A DNA stretch of 64,000 nt from an uncultured Planctomycetia bacterium. GTDB taxonomy: Bacteria; Omnitrophota; Gorgyraeia; Duberdicusellales; 4484-171. The stretch is taken from positions 4,394 to 68,393 of the forward strand of contig CAZAYU010000001.1 in the NCBI GenBank assembly GCA_964489445.1, given 5' to 3'. The notes below the pieces were generated by a model. That model did no database searches, was not told the DNA's origin, and saw nothing but the letters and a program-made list of their open reading frames with translations. A program made the position numbers and the translations under genes. Shown here piece after piece: positions 17,557-27,141 of the stretch. The first letter of the stretch is position 1. The number at the start of each line of letters is the position of its first letter.

Positions 17557-18120
17557 ATGGTAACTATGGGAAAGAAGTCAGTTGTAGTTTTGTTGTTAAT
17601 TAGTTGTTTATTCTTTGCTGGATGTGCAAACGGCCGAATTCTATTGAGAAAAGGACAAAAAGAGCTAAAGCTAGATACCGATGAGGGCGGTGTGATCTTT
17701 TCTCTGGCAATTGTCGGATCTGCTACCTTTGCCCCCCATAGTATAACAATACAAGAAATAAACCAGTACAAGGAATACACAAAGAAGAAACTTGAAAGTA
17801 TACCGCTTGTCGATGCATCAGACAATCTGTATTTGTATCATTTAAAGCTTCCCAACGGAACTTACAGATTAGTTTCATTCTATGGTTGGCTTGGTGGATT
17901 TTTTGGAAAGTATCAATTTATGCCTTGTGATAAAATATTTGATGTTCCAGCCGAGGAAATCACCTATTTGGGAAGAATTGAGACAAATATATATTCTCAA
18001 GGTAATTCTTGGAATAATGAAATATTAGTGTTAGATTATTACAAAGAAGATACTAAAGCTTTCTTGGGTAAGTATCCAATACTAACGGAGCAAAAAATTA
18101 ATAAAGATTTGTTCTATTAA
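17557..18120 (+). CDS. hypothetical lipoprotein
   Basis: Lipobox LFFAGC near the N-terminus. Operon-like spacing, 10 nt after the preceding gene. Confidence 0.55.
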   Translation: MVTMGKKSVVVLLLISCLFFAGCANGRILLRKGQKELKLDTDEGGVIFSLAIVGSATFAPHSITIQEINQYKEYTKKKLESIPLVDASDNLYLYHLKLPNGTYRLVSFYGWLGGFFGKYQFMPCDKIFDVPAEEITYLGRIETNIYSQGNSWNNEILVLDYYKEDTKAFLGKYPILTEQKINKDLFY

Positions 18121-18135
18121 AAAAGGAAGGTAACT

Positions 18136-18732
18136 ATGAAAAGAACTGTTCTACTTGCAATCGTATGTGTTTTTTGTTCTGCTTGTGCAACCGGTCCGCA
18201 TTCTGTTTCACATTCAACGACAGTGCTGCCTGATTCCGATGACGGCTTAGGCGGAACCGGAATTGAAGCCACAGATGTTAGAACTGTTGCCAGAAAAATG
18301 GCTGTCTCAATATTAGATGTCCCAGAAATAATGAATGCTTCGGGTATGCCTCGTATAGTACTATTGCCGGTTGAAAATTCTACACGTTTCATTATCAATA
18401 AGGATATTTTTACGAAAAAGATAAGAATAGAGTTAAATAAAAACGCTACAGGCAAAGTCAGATTTTTAGCCCGAGCAAGAATTGAAGACATCATGAAAGA
18501 AAGAGAAGCAAAAAGAGAAGGAGTATTTACAGCTAGCAAAGAGGCTGACATGTTGGGGGTGGATTTCTATTTAACCGGAGAGCTAACCGGATTAAGCAAG
18601 GCTAGTAAAGGACATCGTTCGGACTATATTTTAATGGCATTTCAGTTAATTGATGCTGAAACAAGTGACATTATTTGGGAAGATGCCTATGAGATTAAAA
18701 GAGTGGGTATTACTGGTGTAGCTTATCAATAA
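18136..18732 (+). CDS. lipoprotein with an LpoB/CsgG-like fold
   Basis: RBS AAGGAAGG. Lipobox FCSACAT. Resembles the LpoB/CsgG family (...VARKMAVSILD ... VDFYLTGELTGL). Confidence 0.55.
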   Translation: MKRTVLLAIVCVFCSACATGPHSVSHSTTVLPDSDDGLGGTGIEATDVRTVARKMAVSILDVPEIMNASGMPRIVLLPVENSTRFIINKDIFTKKIRIELNKNATGKVRFLARARIEDIMKEREAKREGVFTASKEADMLGVDFYLTGELTGLSKASKGHRSDYILMAFQLIDAETSDIIWEDAYEIKRVGITGVAYQ

Positions 18733-18760
18733 GCAATAAGTATTAAAAAAGGAGAAAGTA

Positions 18761-19183
18761 GTGATTAATAAAATTATAGCTTTATCAGTAGTTGTTTTAG
18801 CTGTAAGTGGTTGTGCTGCCGGCCCATATAAGGCCGTTAGATATGATACTTCAAAAGATTTAGAACGCCAATCTAACGTTGTTATCATGGACAAAAGCCT
18901 TAGTAACCAATTTTCAAGAAAACGAATTGTTATAGTTGGCGAAAAATCAGAGTGGACTCAGGACAATCGACTAAAGGTGTATTGTGAAATTAAGAATATG
19001 AAAAAAGATTTATTAAGACTCCAAGTCCAGACTGTATTTAAAGACCAAAATGATTTTTCAATTGAGTCAGACACAAACTGGGAATTAATTCTTGTTTCAG
19101 GATTTTCTAGTTATGCATATACTACTGTAGCTTTAAACGACAAAGCGAAAAAATACACGATAAGAATAAAATTGGCTGAATAA
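18761..19183 (+). CDS. small lipoprotein (YcfL/DUF1425-like size and context)
   Basis: GTG start with RBS AAGGAGAAAG. Lipobox AVSGCAAG. 140 aa. Confidence 0.5.
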   Translation: MINKIIALSVVVLAVSGCAAGPYKAVRYDTSKDLERQSNVVIMDKSLSNQFSRKRIVIVGEKSEWTQDNRLKVYCEIKNMKKDLLRLQVQTVFKDQNDFSIESDTNWELILVSGFSSYAYTTVALNDKAKKYTIRIKLAE

Positions 19184-19200
19184 TCGGAGAAGGTGAGAAA

Positions 19201-20808
19201 ATGAAAAAAATTAAATACCCATTCTTGATAATGTTTTGGGTTGTAACTTGCTTGTTTTTAGGAAGTTTTGTTTTGGTACCTCACAGCTATTGCGAAGATG
19301 AGGCTAAATTTATATATAACCAAAAACCAATAAAGAAAGTCAAAGAAAAAAATTTAAAGGTACGAGTAGCAATTTCAAGGTTTGATGAAAAAATTGATAT
19401 AGAAGAAAGCCCGTTTAATGAGCGTGAAGATAAAAAAGATGGGGACAGCGCACTAATTGAAATAAAAGATTCTGATGTAAAAATAACCATTGATGAAGAT
19501 GAGGATAAAGATGAAATATCTAAAGGAGAATTCTTAACAGGATTGATTACTAGTGCATTGCAGAAAACAGAGTTATTCGAAGTAGTTGAAAGAAGAGATA
19601 TCAATGAGATTATCCGCGAGATTAATTTCCAAAATTCAAAATGGGTTAAAAGTGATGGCGCGAATGCGCTTGGTAATATTTATGATGTGCAATATATATT
19701 AAATGGGGATCTTCTCCGTAATAAAGAGGGAGAGAAAATCGGTAAACATTATTACACTTTGGCTTTGCGAATGTATAATGTTAATACCGGTGGAATTGTG
19801 TCTTCTTCAACCATCAGCTCTCCATACTTAGAAGAAGCTGTTAGCAATGCAGTGGTTGATTTATCAAAGCAAATTAAAAAAAAACCATGGACATGTAGAA
19901 TAGTTGGGATCAACGATAGTAGGATCTATATTAATGCTGGATTAAAGGATGGTTTGGAAAAACGTGATGTTTTTTATGTGTATCGGGTTGAAGGGGAAAT
20001 TATTGATCCTAAAACTAAGGAAGTTTTAGGGCTGGAGAAAAAGAAAATTGCCAGAATAGAAATTCAAGAAGTGTTAGAAGCTAAACTATCTCAAGTAAAA
20101 GTTATAGAAATATATGATGAAATAAAAGTAGGTGATACTGTTTCAGCAGACAGAATTAATAAAGATAAACAATCCGAGTTAGAGCTATGGAAGAAGATCT
20201 ATAAAGGCAGCGATATCTCTGGTGATAAATTAAGCAAATATTCATTTATCTCTGAAGGTTATTCGCCAGAAGATATTATGACAAATTTTGGAAAAGCTAT
20301 TGTTAAGATACAAGCTGGAACATCGATGGGAAGTGGTTTTATTGTAGATGTAGAAGGCCATATTCTTACCAATTTTCATATAGTCCAAAATGCTACAGTT
20401 ATATCGGCAAAAATGATAGAAAAAAATCAGAATTTCAATAACGTGAAAGTTATAAAAGTCGACCCAGTTAAAGACATAGCCTTGTTAAAAATTGATAATG
20501 CTAATAGTTTGCCAATTGTTGTATTGGGTGACTCAGACAGGCTAAGCGTTGGAGAAAGAGTAGTTGCAATCGGAAATCCACAGGGTTTAGAAAATACCAT
20601 CTCCGATGGCTTAATAAGTGGAATAAGAGAAAACGATGGGGTCAAGCTTATACAGACAAGCGTTCCAGTGACTCATGGCAGTAGCGGAGGACCATTATTT
20701 AATATGCAAGGTGAAGTCATCGGTATAGTAACAGCAGGAATCAAAGAAGCTGGAAATCTTAACTTTGCAGTGCCTATCAATTACGCTAAAGATGAACTTT
20801 TGAATTAG
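19201..20808 (+). CDS. secreted two-domain protein: CsgG/LpoB-like domain plus trypsin-like (S1) serine peptidase
   Basis: RBS GGAGAAGG. N-terminal signal/TM segment. First half has a CsgG-like motif (GEFLTGLITSALQKTELFEVVERRDINEIIRE...YILNGDL). C-terminal half has the His/Asp/Ser triad contexts TNFHIV, DIALLKI and GSSGGPLFN. Confidence 0.7.
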   Translation: MKKIKYPFLIMFWVVTCLFLGSFVLVPHSYCEDEAKFIYNQKPIKKVKEKNLKVRVAISRFDEKIDIEESPFNEREDKKDGDSALIEIKDSDVKITIDEDEDKDEISKGEFLTGLITSALQKTELFEVVERRDINEIIREINFQNSKWVKSDGANALGNIYDVQYILNGDLLRNKEGEKIGKHYYTLALRMYNVNTGGIVSSSTISSPYLEEAVSNAVVDLSKQIKKKPWTCRIVGINDSRIYINAGLKDGLEKRDVFYVYRVEGEIIDPKTKEVLGLEKKKIARIEIQEVLEAKLSQVKVIEIYDEIKVGDTVSADRINKDKQSELELWKKIYKGSDISGDKLSKYSFISEGYSPEDIMTNFGKAIVKIQAGTSMGSGFIVDVEGHILTNFHIVQNATVISAKMIEKNQNFNNVKVIKVDPVKDIALLKIDNANSLPIVVLGDSDRLSVGERVVAIGNPQGLENTISDGLISGIRENDGVKLIQTSVPVTHGSSGGPLFNMQGEVIGIVTAGIKEAGNLNFAVPINYAKDELLN

Positions 20809-20820
20809 TCTACTGTGTAA

Positions 20821-20852
20821 AATTACCAGACGTCCTATTTAGGTACACCCCA
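20821..20852. repeat. solo copy of the island-repeat left-end motif
   Basis: AATTACCAGACGTCCTATTTAGGTACACCCCA lies 12 nt after the stop at 20808, in the same orientation as the other copies. Confidence 0.75.
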
Positions 20853-21086
20853 GAAAGAATAATTGGTTAAATTGATCCCGCCGAGTTGAGAAAAATTATC
20901 AAATTCAGCCTAATTCAATATTTCTTATTAAATAGTAATTCTTAACCTTGTATGTTTCTTAATCGTATCTATTTAAATACATTTGTGTTATACTTAAACC
21001 CATTAAAATTTAAGGATTGAGTGCCTGTGATGCTCAATTTTACGCTCTTTTGCATTTTGAAAAATATCTCCAATAAAGAGGAAAAT

Positions 21087-22250
21087 ATGAATATTCTTCA
21101 TATAGCTACGTTAAATCGGCCCATTAAGCCAGATTTGGGCTACGGTCCTATTGAATCGGTTATCTATAATATCGATAAAGGATTGCACAAGATAGGGCAT
21201 CGCTCAATAATAGCCTGTTCTGGTGATTCTCAAGTCTTCGGTGAAATCTTTCCCACAATTAAAAAAAGTTTTAGTGAATATTGGAGCAAGGATACACACT
21301 TGCAGCGGAAAAATACTCTAAAACATCTGGTGATGTCTCTTGAAAGAGCTAACCGCGGTGATATTGATATTATTCACATGCATGATGCTGCTATGGTTGA
21401 ATATGTATTTGACGGAGTTTATGAGAACTCTGTTCCTATTGTTATGACTCTTCACGTTCCGGCTGAGGATAAAGGATCATTTATTCGTTGGCGCAAAACA
21501 CTCACCTCTTCTTCAAACGTTAATTTTGTTCCTATTAGCCAATACCAGAGAATCCAGCATAAGGAATTGATTAATATGCATCAAGTTATTCATCACGGTA
21601 TTGATGTGGAGGATTATCCTTTTGAAAAAAATTTCGAGAAGCAAGAATACTTATTTTCTATGGGTAGAATAACTCAGGACAAAGGACAAGACAAAGCTAT
21701 TGAAATTGCAAAAAAGACTGGTTACCGTCTAGTTATTGCTGGTAATGTTCAGAACAAAACAAAAGACAGGGACTTTTTTAAAAGTTTACGAAAAGATATC
21801 GACTTGATCATTAAGGGTGACAAGCCTTTTACAGGTGATGAGTATTATCGTAAAGTCATAAAACCAACTCTTGATTCAAATAAGCAAATTATATATATTG
21901 GAGAAGTGAATAACGCGCAAAAAAAGCTTTGGTACCAATATGCAAAGTTTTTTCTTTTTCCAGTTCAATGGGGTGAGCCATTTGGGCTTGTCTTGGTTGA
22001 ATCTATGGCTTGTGGCACACCAGTAATTGCTTTTGACAAAGGTTCAGTCTCTGAGATCGTGGTTCATGGGAAAACTGGATTTGTGGTTAATTCAATTGCT
22101 CAGATGGCTATGGCTGTTAAGTCGAAAAAAGATATTAACTCTAGTGATTGTCGTAAGCATGTGAAAGATAATTTTTCAATCGCTAGCATGTCCCAAGAAT
22201 ATTCAAATCTCTATCACCGTATAATTAAAAAAAGAGGAATCAATGCCTAA
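21087..22250 (+). CDS. glycosyltransferase family 4 (GT-B fold)
   Basis: RBS AAGAGGAAAA. C-terminal EPFGLVLVESMACGTPVIA...GKTGFVV is the GT4/GT1 signature. Confidence 0.8.
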   Translation: MNILHIATLNRPIKPDLGYGPIESVIYNIDKGLHKIGHRSIIACSGDSQVFGEIFPTIKKSFSEYWSKDTHLQRKNTLKHLVMSLERANRGDIDIIHMHDAAMVEYVFDGVYENSVPIVMTLHVPAEDKGSFIRWRKTLTSSSNVNFVPISQYQRIQHKELINMHQVIHHGIDVEDYPFEKNFEKQEYLFSMGRITQDKGQDKAIEIAKKTGYRLVIAGNVQNKTKDRDFFKSLRKDIDLIIKGDKPFTGDEYYRKVIKPTLDSNKQIIYIGEVNNAQKKLWYQYAKFFLFPVQWGEPFGLVLVESMACGTPVIAFDKGSVSEIVVHGKTGFVVNSIAQMAMAVKSKKDINSSDCRKHVKDNFSIASMSQEYSNLYHRIIKKRGINA

Positions 22251-24204
22251 AGATATCCCAATAAGTAACGGATCTTTATTATTGAATTTTGATTCAGATT
22301 ATCAGATTAGGGATATTTATTTTCCTTTTATTGGTCAAGAGAATCATTCAAGCGGACATCCTTTTCGTTTTGGAGTCTGGGTTGAGGGAGAATATTCATT
22401 GATAGGCCCAGAATGGGAAAAAGATTTAAGATATCATGACAAAAGCTTAGCAACTAATGTTTTTCTTAAAAACAAAGCTTTAGATTTGGAAATTCATTGT
22501 TGCGATGTTGTAGATGTTGATCTAAACGTGTATATCAAAAAAATTGAGGTTTCAAACCTTAAAGATAAGCCACGAGAAGTTCGTCTTTTTTTTAGCCATA
22601 ATTTTAATTTATATGGCAATGATATTGGTGGTACAGCTTATTTTGATCCACGCAGCTGTTCAATTATACACTACAAAGTTCATCGTTATTTTTTAATCAG
22701 CTCTTTAGCTAACGATCAATGGGGAATTAAGCATTTTTCCTGTGGCCGAAGAAATACCTTAGGCAATTTAGATAAAACTATGAATATAGCCAGGGGTGAA
22801 TTAAACCAAGAAGCTACAGCTTGGGGAACACCTTATTCTACTGTGGGTATCTGGTTACAATTGCCAGCTCAAGGAAAAACAACTACTTATTATTGGATTG
22901 CTGCTGGGATGAATTACAATGAAGTATCTGGCCTTAATCTAGAAATACATAAAAAAACTCCCGAGGAATTATTTAAGCGTTCCCTTCGTTATTGGAAGAC
23001 TTGGGTAGACAAGGATTTAACTCATCTTCAATATTTGCCAAAATCAGTAACGAATATTTTTGATCGAAGCCTCTTAATTTTAAGGACCCAAATTGATAAT
23101 CATGGCGCAATAATTGCTGCTAATGATTCTGATATTATTCGCTTTGGCAAGGATACCTATTCTTACATGTGGGGAAGAGATGGAGCTTTTGTTGCTGCTG
23201 CTTTAGCAAAGGCGGGATACTCACATTTATGCATGAAGTATTTTGACTTTTGCAATAAGATTTTGTCTGATGAAGGATATTTATTCCAACACTACAACCC
23301 TGACGGATCACTTGCTAGCAATTGGCATTCTTGGATAGTTGAAGGTAAAGAAGTTCTTCCTATACAAGAGGATTCTACAGCTCTTACTCTTTGGTCTCTT
23401 TGGATACATTACCAAAGTTTAAATGATATAGAATTTGTGAAACCACTTTATAATTCATTAATTAAAAAAGCGGCTGATTTCTTATTTAGATATCGTGACC
23501 CTGAGACTTTATTGCCTTTACCATCTTACGATCTTTGGGAAGAACGTTACGCCACGCATACGTATACAGCTGCATCAGTAGTTGCTGGTCTTAGAGCTGC
23601 AGCTAATTTTGCTGATCTTTTTCAAGATAATGTTTTAGCTAATAAATATAACTCTGCAGCAGAGGAAGTTAAAGAGGGGATTAAAAAATATTTTTTCCAT
23701 ACCGAACTGGGGCGGTTTGCTCGTTCAGGACTAAGAATAAAAGATGGTTACCAGCTAGATGAAATTGTAGATGTTAGTCTTCTCAGCTTAGCAACTCTAG
23801 GTATTTTTGATTCGAATGATCCTTTAATCAAAGAAACAGTTAAAGCAGTATATGATAAACTCTGGCTGAAAACCCCCGTTGAAGGTTGCGCAAGATACGA
23901 GAAAGATTTTTACCAACGTGCAGATAATTGCCCTGATAATATCCCCGGAAACCCCTGGTTTATCTCTACTCTTTGGTTAGCTGAATATTATATAGAGCAA
24001 GCTCAAGATAAAGAGCAGCTTCAAAAGTCTCTCTTTTTTATTGAATGGTGTGTAAAGAATGCTCTTGCCTCAGGGGTGCTTGCTGAACAAGTAGATCCTT
24101 ACAAGGGTTCACCACTTTGTGTATCTCCCCTTACTTGGAGCCATTCGGCTTTTGTTTGGACAGTACTGAAATATATTGACAAATTAAGCGAATTAGAGAT
24201 ATAA
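22243..24204 (+). CDS. glycoside hydrolase family 15-like (glucoamylase/glucodextranase-related) protein
   Basis: Overlaps the GT4 gene by 8 nt. YSYMWGRDGAFVAAALAKAG and DLWEERYATHTYTAASVVAGLRAA are GH15 catalytic-domain motifs. Confidence 0.75.
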   Translation: MPKDIPISNGSLLLNFDSDYQIRDIYFPFIGQENHSSGHPFRFGVWVEGEYSLIGPEWEKDLRYHDKSLATNVFLKNKALDLEIHCCDVVDVDLNVYIKKIEVSNLKDKPREVRLFFSHNFNLYGNDIGGTAYFDPRSCSIIHYKVHRYFLISSLANDQWGIKHFSCGRRNTLGNLDKTMNIARGELNQEATAWGTPYSTVGIWLQLPAQGKTTTYYWIAAGMNYNEVSGLNLEIHKKTPEELFKRSLRYWKTWVDKDLTHLQYLPKSVTNIFDRSLLILRTQIDNHGAIIAANDSDIIRFGKDTYSYMWGRDGAFVAAALAKAGYSHLCMKYFDFCNKILSDEGYLFQHYNPDGSLASNWHSWIVEGKEVLPIQEDSTALTLWSLWIHYQSLNDIEFVKPLYNSLIKKAADFLFRYRDPETLLPLPSYDLWEERYATHTYTAASVVAGLRAAANFADLFQDNVLANKYNSAAEEVKEGIKKYFFHTELGRFARSGLRIKDGYQLDEIVDVSLLSLATLGIFDSNDPLIKETVKAVYDKLWLKTPVEGCARYEKDFYQRADNCPDNIPGNPWFISTLWLAEYYIEQAQDKEQLQKSLFFIEWCVKNALASGVLAEQVDPYKGSPLCVSPLTWSHSAFVWTVLKYIDKLSELEI

Positions 24205-24226
24205 TTGTTTAAAAAGGAGGCATAAA

Positions 24227-24310
24227 ATGGGAGATAAAGGCAAGAAAGATAAAGAAAAAAGCAAAAAGCAAAAAAAAACAAGCAAAGAGAAAAAAACAAA
24301 AAATAGTTAG
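24227..24310 (+). CDS. tiny lysine-rich ORF (27 aa, MGDKGKKDKEKSKKQKKTSKEKKTKNS)
   Basis: Strong RBS AAGGAGG 7 nt upstream of the ATG. Low-complexity, basic. Not in the six-frame track because of its length. Confidence 0.3.
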   Translation: MGDKGKKDKEKSKKQKKTSKEKKTKNS

Positions 24311-24410
24311 AATCTAAATCACAATTTCTCTCAAACTGCCCATTTAAGAGTGTTGGCTAGGGCCTTTATTAGGATTAATCTATTTTTGTAATTTTAAGAA
24401 AGGTTTTATT

Positions 24411-25982
24411 ATGCTTGATCAAGCTAAAAAACGCTATAGGCTGCGAATTATCATACCAGCATACCCCGCCTTTAATATTTATTCGGGTATTGCCAATAAA
24501 ACAACTGCTTTGGGGCCGGTTTGCATAGGAAGTGTTGTGAATAAATTAGAAAAGTGGGATGTTGAGATTATTGACGAAAATAATCTCAGACGTTATGGTC
24601 CGCGAGACGCTTTAGGCGGTGCGGATCATGAGTATTTGCAAAAAATCAGACCTGCTGATGTAGTTGGTTTATATGGAGGCCTTACCAGTACTATACCCCG
24701 ACTTTATGAACTAATTAAATTTTATAAGCAAAATGGTGTAATTGTTCTAGCTGGAGGCCAGCACTTTTCTCAAGAAAATTATCAAGAAGCCTTAGATATT
24801 GGATTGGATTATATTGTTATTGGTGAAGGAGAAATTACAATCAAAGAGCTTCTTGTGAAAATTGAGACCGGACAAGATGTTTCAAGTGTAAGGGGAATTG
24901 TCTACCAAAAAGACAAGACGATTCATACAACTGATTATCGAGAACCAATTAATGACTTTGATATTTTGCCACGGCCAGATTTTTCATTGGTACGTTATGC
25001 AAAATTAAAAATTTTTCCTGTAGGTAGGATCAGAGGCTGTGGCATGGATTGTGAATTTTGCACTGTAAAAGGCAAGCCTCGCTGTGCATCACCTGAACGC
25101 TTAATGGAAGATATATCTCATCTTCTTGAGACTCAAGATGCCAGGCATTTTTTCATTGTTGATGATTTATTTGGTCAATTTCGTGATGAGACAATCCGTT
25201 TTTGCAAAATGCTTAAAGATTATCAGAAACAAGTAAGAAAACGTCTTGATGTGGTAGTACAAATTCGCCTAGATAAAGCTAAAGATCATGAGCTACTTTT
25301 AGCCATGAGAAACGCTGAGATTAATACTGTAGCTATTGGCTTTGAATCCCCAATAAAAGAAGAATTGGAGGCAATGAAAAAACATATACGGCCAGATGAA
25401 ATGATTGAGCTTGCCAGAACATATCATCGTTTCGGCTTTTTAGTTCACGGTATGTTTATATTTGGTTATCCACTTAAAAGCAAACACATTTTGAATGTGA
25501 GTCTAAAAAATAGGATAAAAAGTTATAAAAAATTTATTAAAAAAGCTAAAATTGATACTATTCAAGTTCTTCTCCCAGTTCCATTACCCGGTACTGAGCT
25601 TAGAAAAAGATTAGAGAAAGACAATCGAATATACCCAAAAGATGATATCGGTTGGGAATATTATGATGGTAATTTTCCTATCTTCGAACCTGATGCCCAG
25701 ATTAGCGCACAAGAATTACAACGCTCTATTCGTAATATTATGAGCAGATTTTATGAATTCAAATATATGTTTATGATAGGCCTACAAGCCTTATCTTTTA
25801 CATCAATGGTTTTTTACTTTTATAATTTAAAAGCCGGCTGGAGAAGATGGTATAGACCTTGGAGAAATAGTTTAGCCCGTTTTGGAGGATGGATATTGAT
25901 GAAAGGTTGGGCAAAACAGTTAAAAAAGGGTTCCTTTCAAAGCCGTCTCGCACGTGCCCAAAAACACAAAAAAGATAGTTAA
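24411..25982 (+). CDS. B12-binding-domain radical SAM protein
   Basis: N-terminal cobalamin-binding-like domain, then GCGMDCEFC (the Cx3Cx2C radical SAM cluster motif). Confidence 0.8.
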   Translation: MLDQAKKRYRLRIIIPAYPAFNIYSGIANKTTALGPVCIGSVVNKLEKWDVEIIDENNLRRYGPRDALGGADHEYLQKIRPADVVGLYGGLTSTIPRLYELIKFYKQNGVIVLAGGQHFSQENYQEALDIGLDYIVIGEGEITIKELLVKIETGQDVSSVRGIVYQKDKTIHTTDYREPINDFDILPRPDFSLVRYAKLKIFPVGRIRGCGMDCEFCTVKGKPRCASPERLMEDISHLLETQDARHFFIVDDLFGQFRDETIRFCKMLKDYQKQVRKRLDVVVQIRLDKAKDHELLLAMRNAEINTVAIGFESPIKEELEAMKKHIRPDEMIELARTYHRFGFLVHGMFIFGYPLKSKHILNVSLKNRIKSYKKFIKKAKIDTIQVLLPVPLPGTELRKRLEKDNRIYPKDDIGWEYYDGNFPIFEPDAQISAQELQRSIRNIMSRFYEFKYMFMIGLQALSFTSMVFYFYNLKAGWRRWYRPWRNSLARFGGWILMKGWAKQLKKGSFQSRLARAQKHKKDS

Positions 25983-26224
25983 AATCAATAATTAGCTTGC
26001 GCCAAAAAGAAGAAAACAGGTAGAATCGTTTTTCTTTTGTAAAACATAACGATAGAGGAAATAAGCCTGATAAATAAAGCTTATTCAAAAACCACTTCTT
26101 TTATCAGCTCTCCGATTCCGCTGTGTATCCTCTCTCCATAAAACCATTGAATTTTTTATTTAAGAGTATATATTGGAATAAGAAAGGTAAACCCTGATCT
26201 TGCAGGTCTACTAACAAATAATAA

Positions 26225-26515
26225 ATGCCTAAACCATACACTATAGCTGAGAAAAGCTTTCCCACTAAAACTGCCACTATTGAATTTATTAAATCAATTT
26301 TGTACAAATACAAGCTTAATGAGAAACTAACAGGCGAAGATTTTGATTTTGTACTTGAACTTTTAAAGCGACGTCCTGATTGTAAAGAGAAGATGGGCCC
26401 AGGTGTAAAAGAGCTTATCGTTAGAAAACACGAAAAGTGGCTTAACACTCGCTGCTTTTATGTAGTTAGAATAGATGACAGTAGCGAGGCTTTTGGCTAT
26501 CGCGGTTGTCTATAA
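26225..26515 (+). CDS. DUF3223-like small protein
   Basis: 96 aa. C-terminal FYVVRIDDSSEAFGYRGC resembles the DUF3223 family. A minus-strand ORF overlaps it. Confidence 0.45.
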   Translation: MPKPYTIAEKSFPTKTATIEFIKSILYKYKLNEKLTGEDFDFVLELLKRRPDCKEKMGPGVKELIVRKHEKWLNTRCFYVVRIDDSSEAFGYRGCL

Positions 26516-26649
26516 ATAAAAACTAAAGATATTAGAAATGTATCAGAACATCTTGAAAATCCTATTTTAGAAGTATCCACTGTGAATAAGAGAAAAAATA
26601 CAAGAAACAAGATTTGACTTCGTTATTTTATCAAAAGGAGAATAGACCT

Positions 26650-27105
26650 ATGAGCATAACCGCACTTGACCACCGGCCAAATAATGTTTTTGGATTTGAA
26701 GTCATTGAAAAACTCACCCCCAAAGAATTGCAGGAATTTCTTCCGAAGATGGAAGAAGCTGTACTTAAGGCAAACAAAAAACTTAGACTGCTTATTAATG
26801 TCAGCCAAATGCACGGCGTAAATATTAAATCAGAATGGGAAATATTTGAATTCCTTAAAAAGCACATGCAAGACATTGAGCTTATCGCTATAATCGGCGC
26901 TCATTCCTGGACTAAAGTCATGAGCGAGATATTAGCTGAATCCATTTTTGTGGAAGCTGAAACACGCTATTTCAAACCCGATGAGATAGACCATGCCTGG
27001 GAATGGCTAATTAAAGCCGCTCATCCGCAATACATTCCAATACGTAAAGTTATTAGAAGCGATAAGGGCCTATTTACTAAATATGGCTCACCTGACTATA
27101 TATAA
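26650..27105 (+). CDS. hypothetical protein (possibly STAS/SpoIIAA-like)
   Basis: RBS AAGGAGAA upstream of the ATG at 26650. Family assignment is tentative. Confidence 0.45.
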   Translation: MSITALDHRPNNVFGFEVIEKLTPKELQEFLPKMEEAVLKANKKLRLLINVSQMHGVNIKSEWEIFEFLKKHMQDIELIAIIGAHSWTKVMSEILAESIFVEAETRYFKPDEIDHAWEWLIKAAHPQYIPIRKVIRSDKGLFTKYGSPDYI

Positions 27106-27141
27106 AAAATAAGATCTCAACTTAAAAGGATAATAACTAAG

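Noticed and set aside
24099-24299. 66-aa minus-strand ORF across the GH15 3' end and the A-rich spacer
   Set aside because: It is antisense to the GH15 terminus and to a poly-A/K-rich segment, and has no RBS.
26104-26448. 114-aa minus-strand ORF
   Set aside because: It overlaps the + strand DUF3223-like ORF, which has family-like conservation. The minus-strand product is low in complexity and has no motif.
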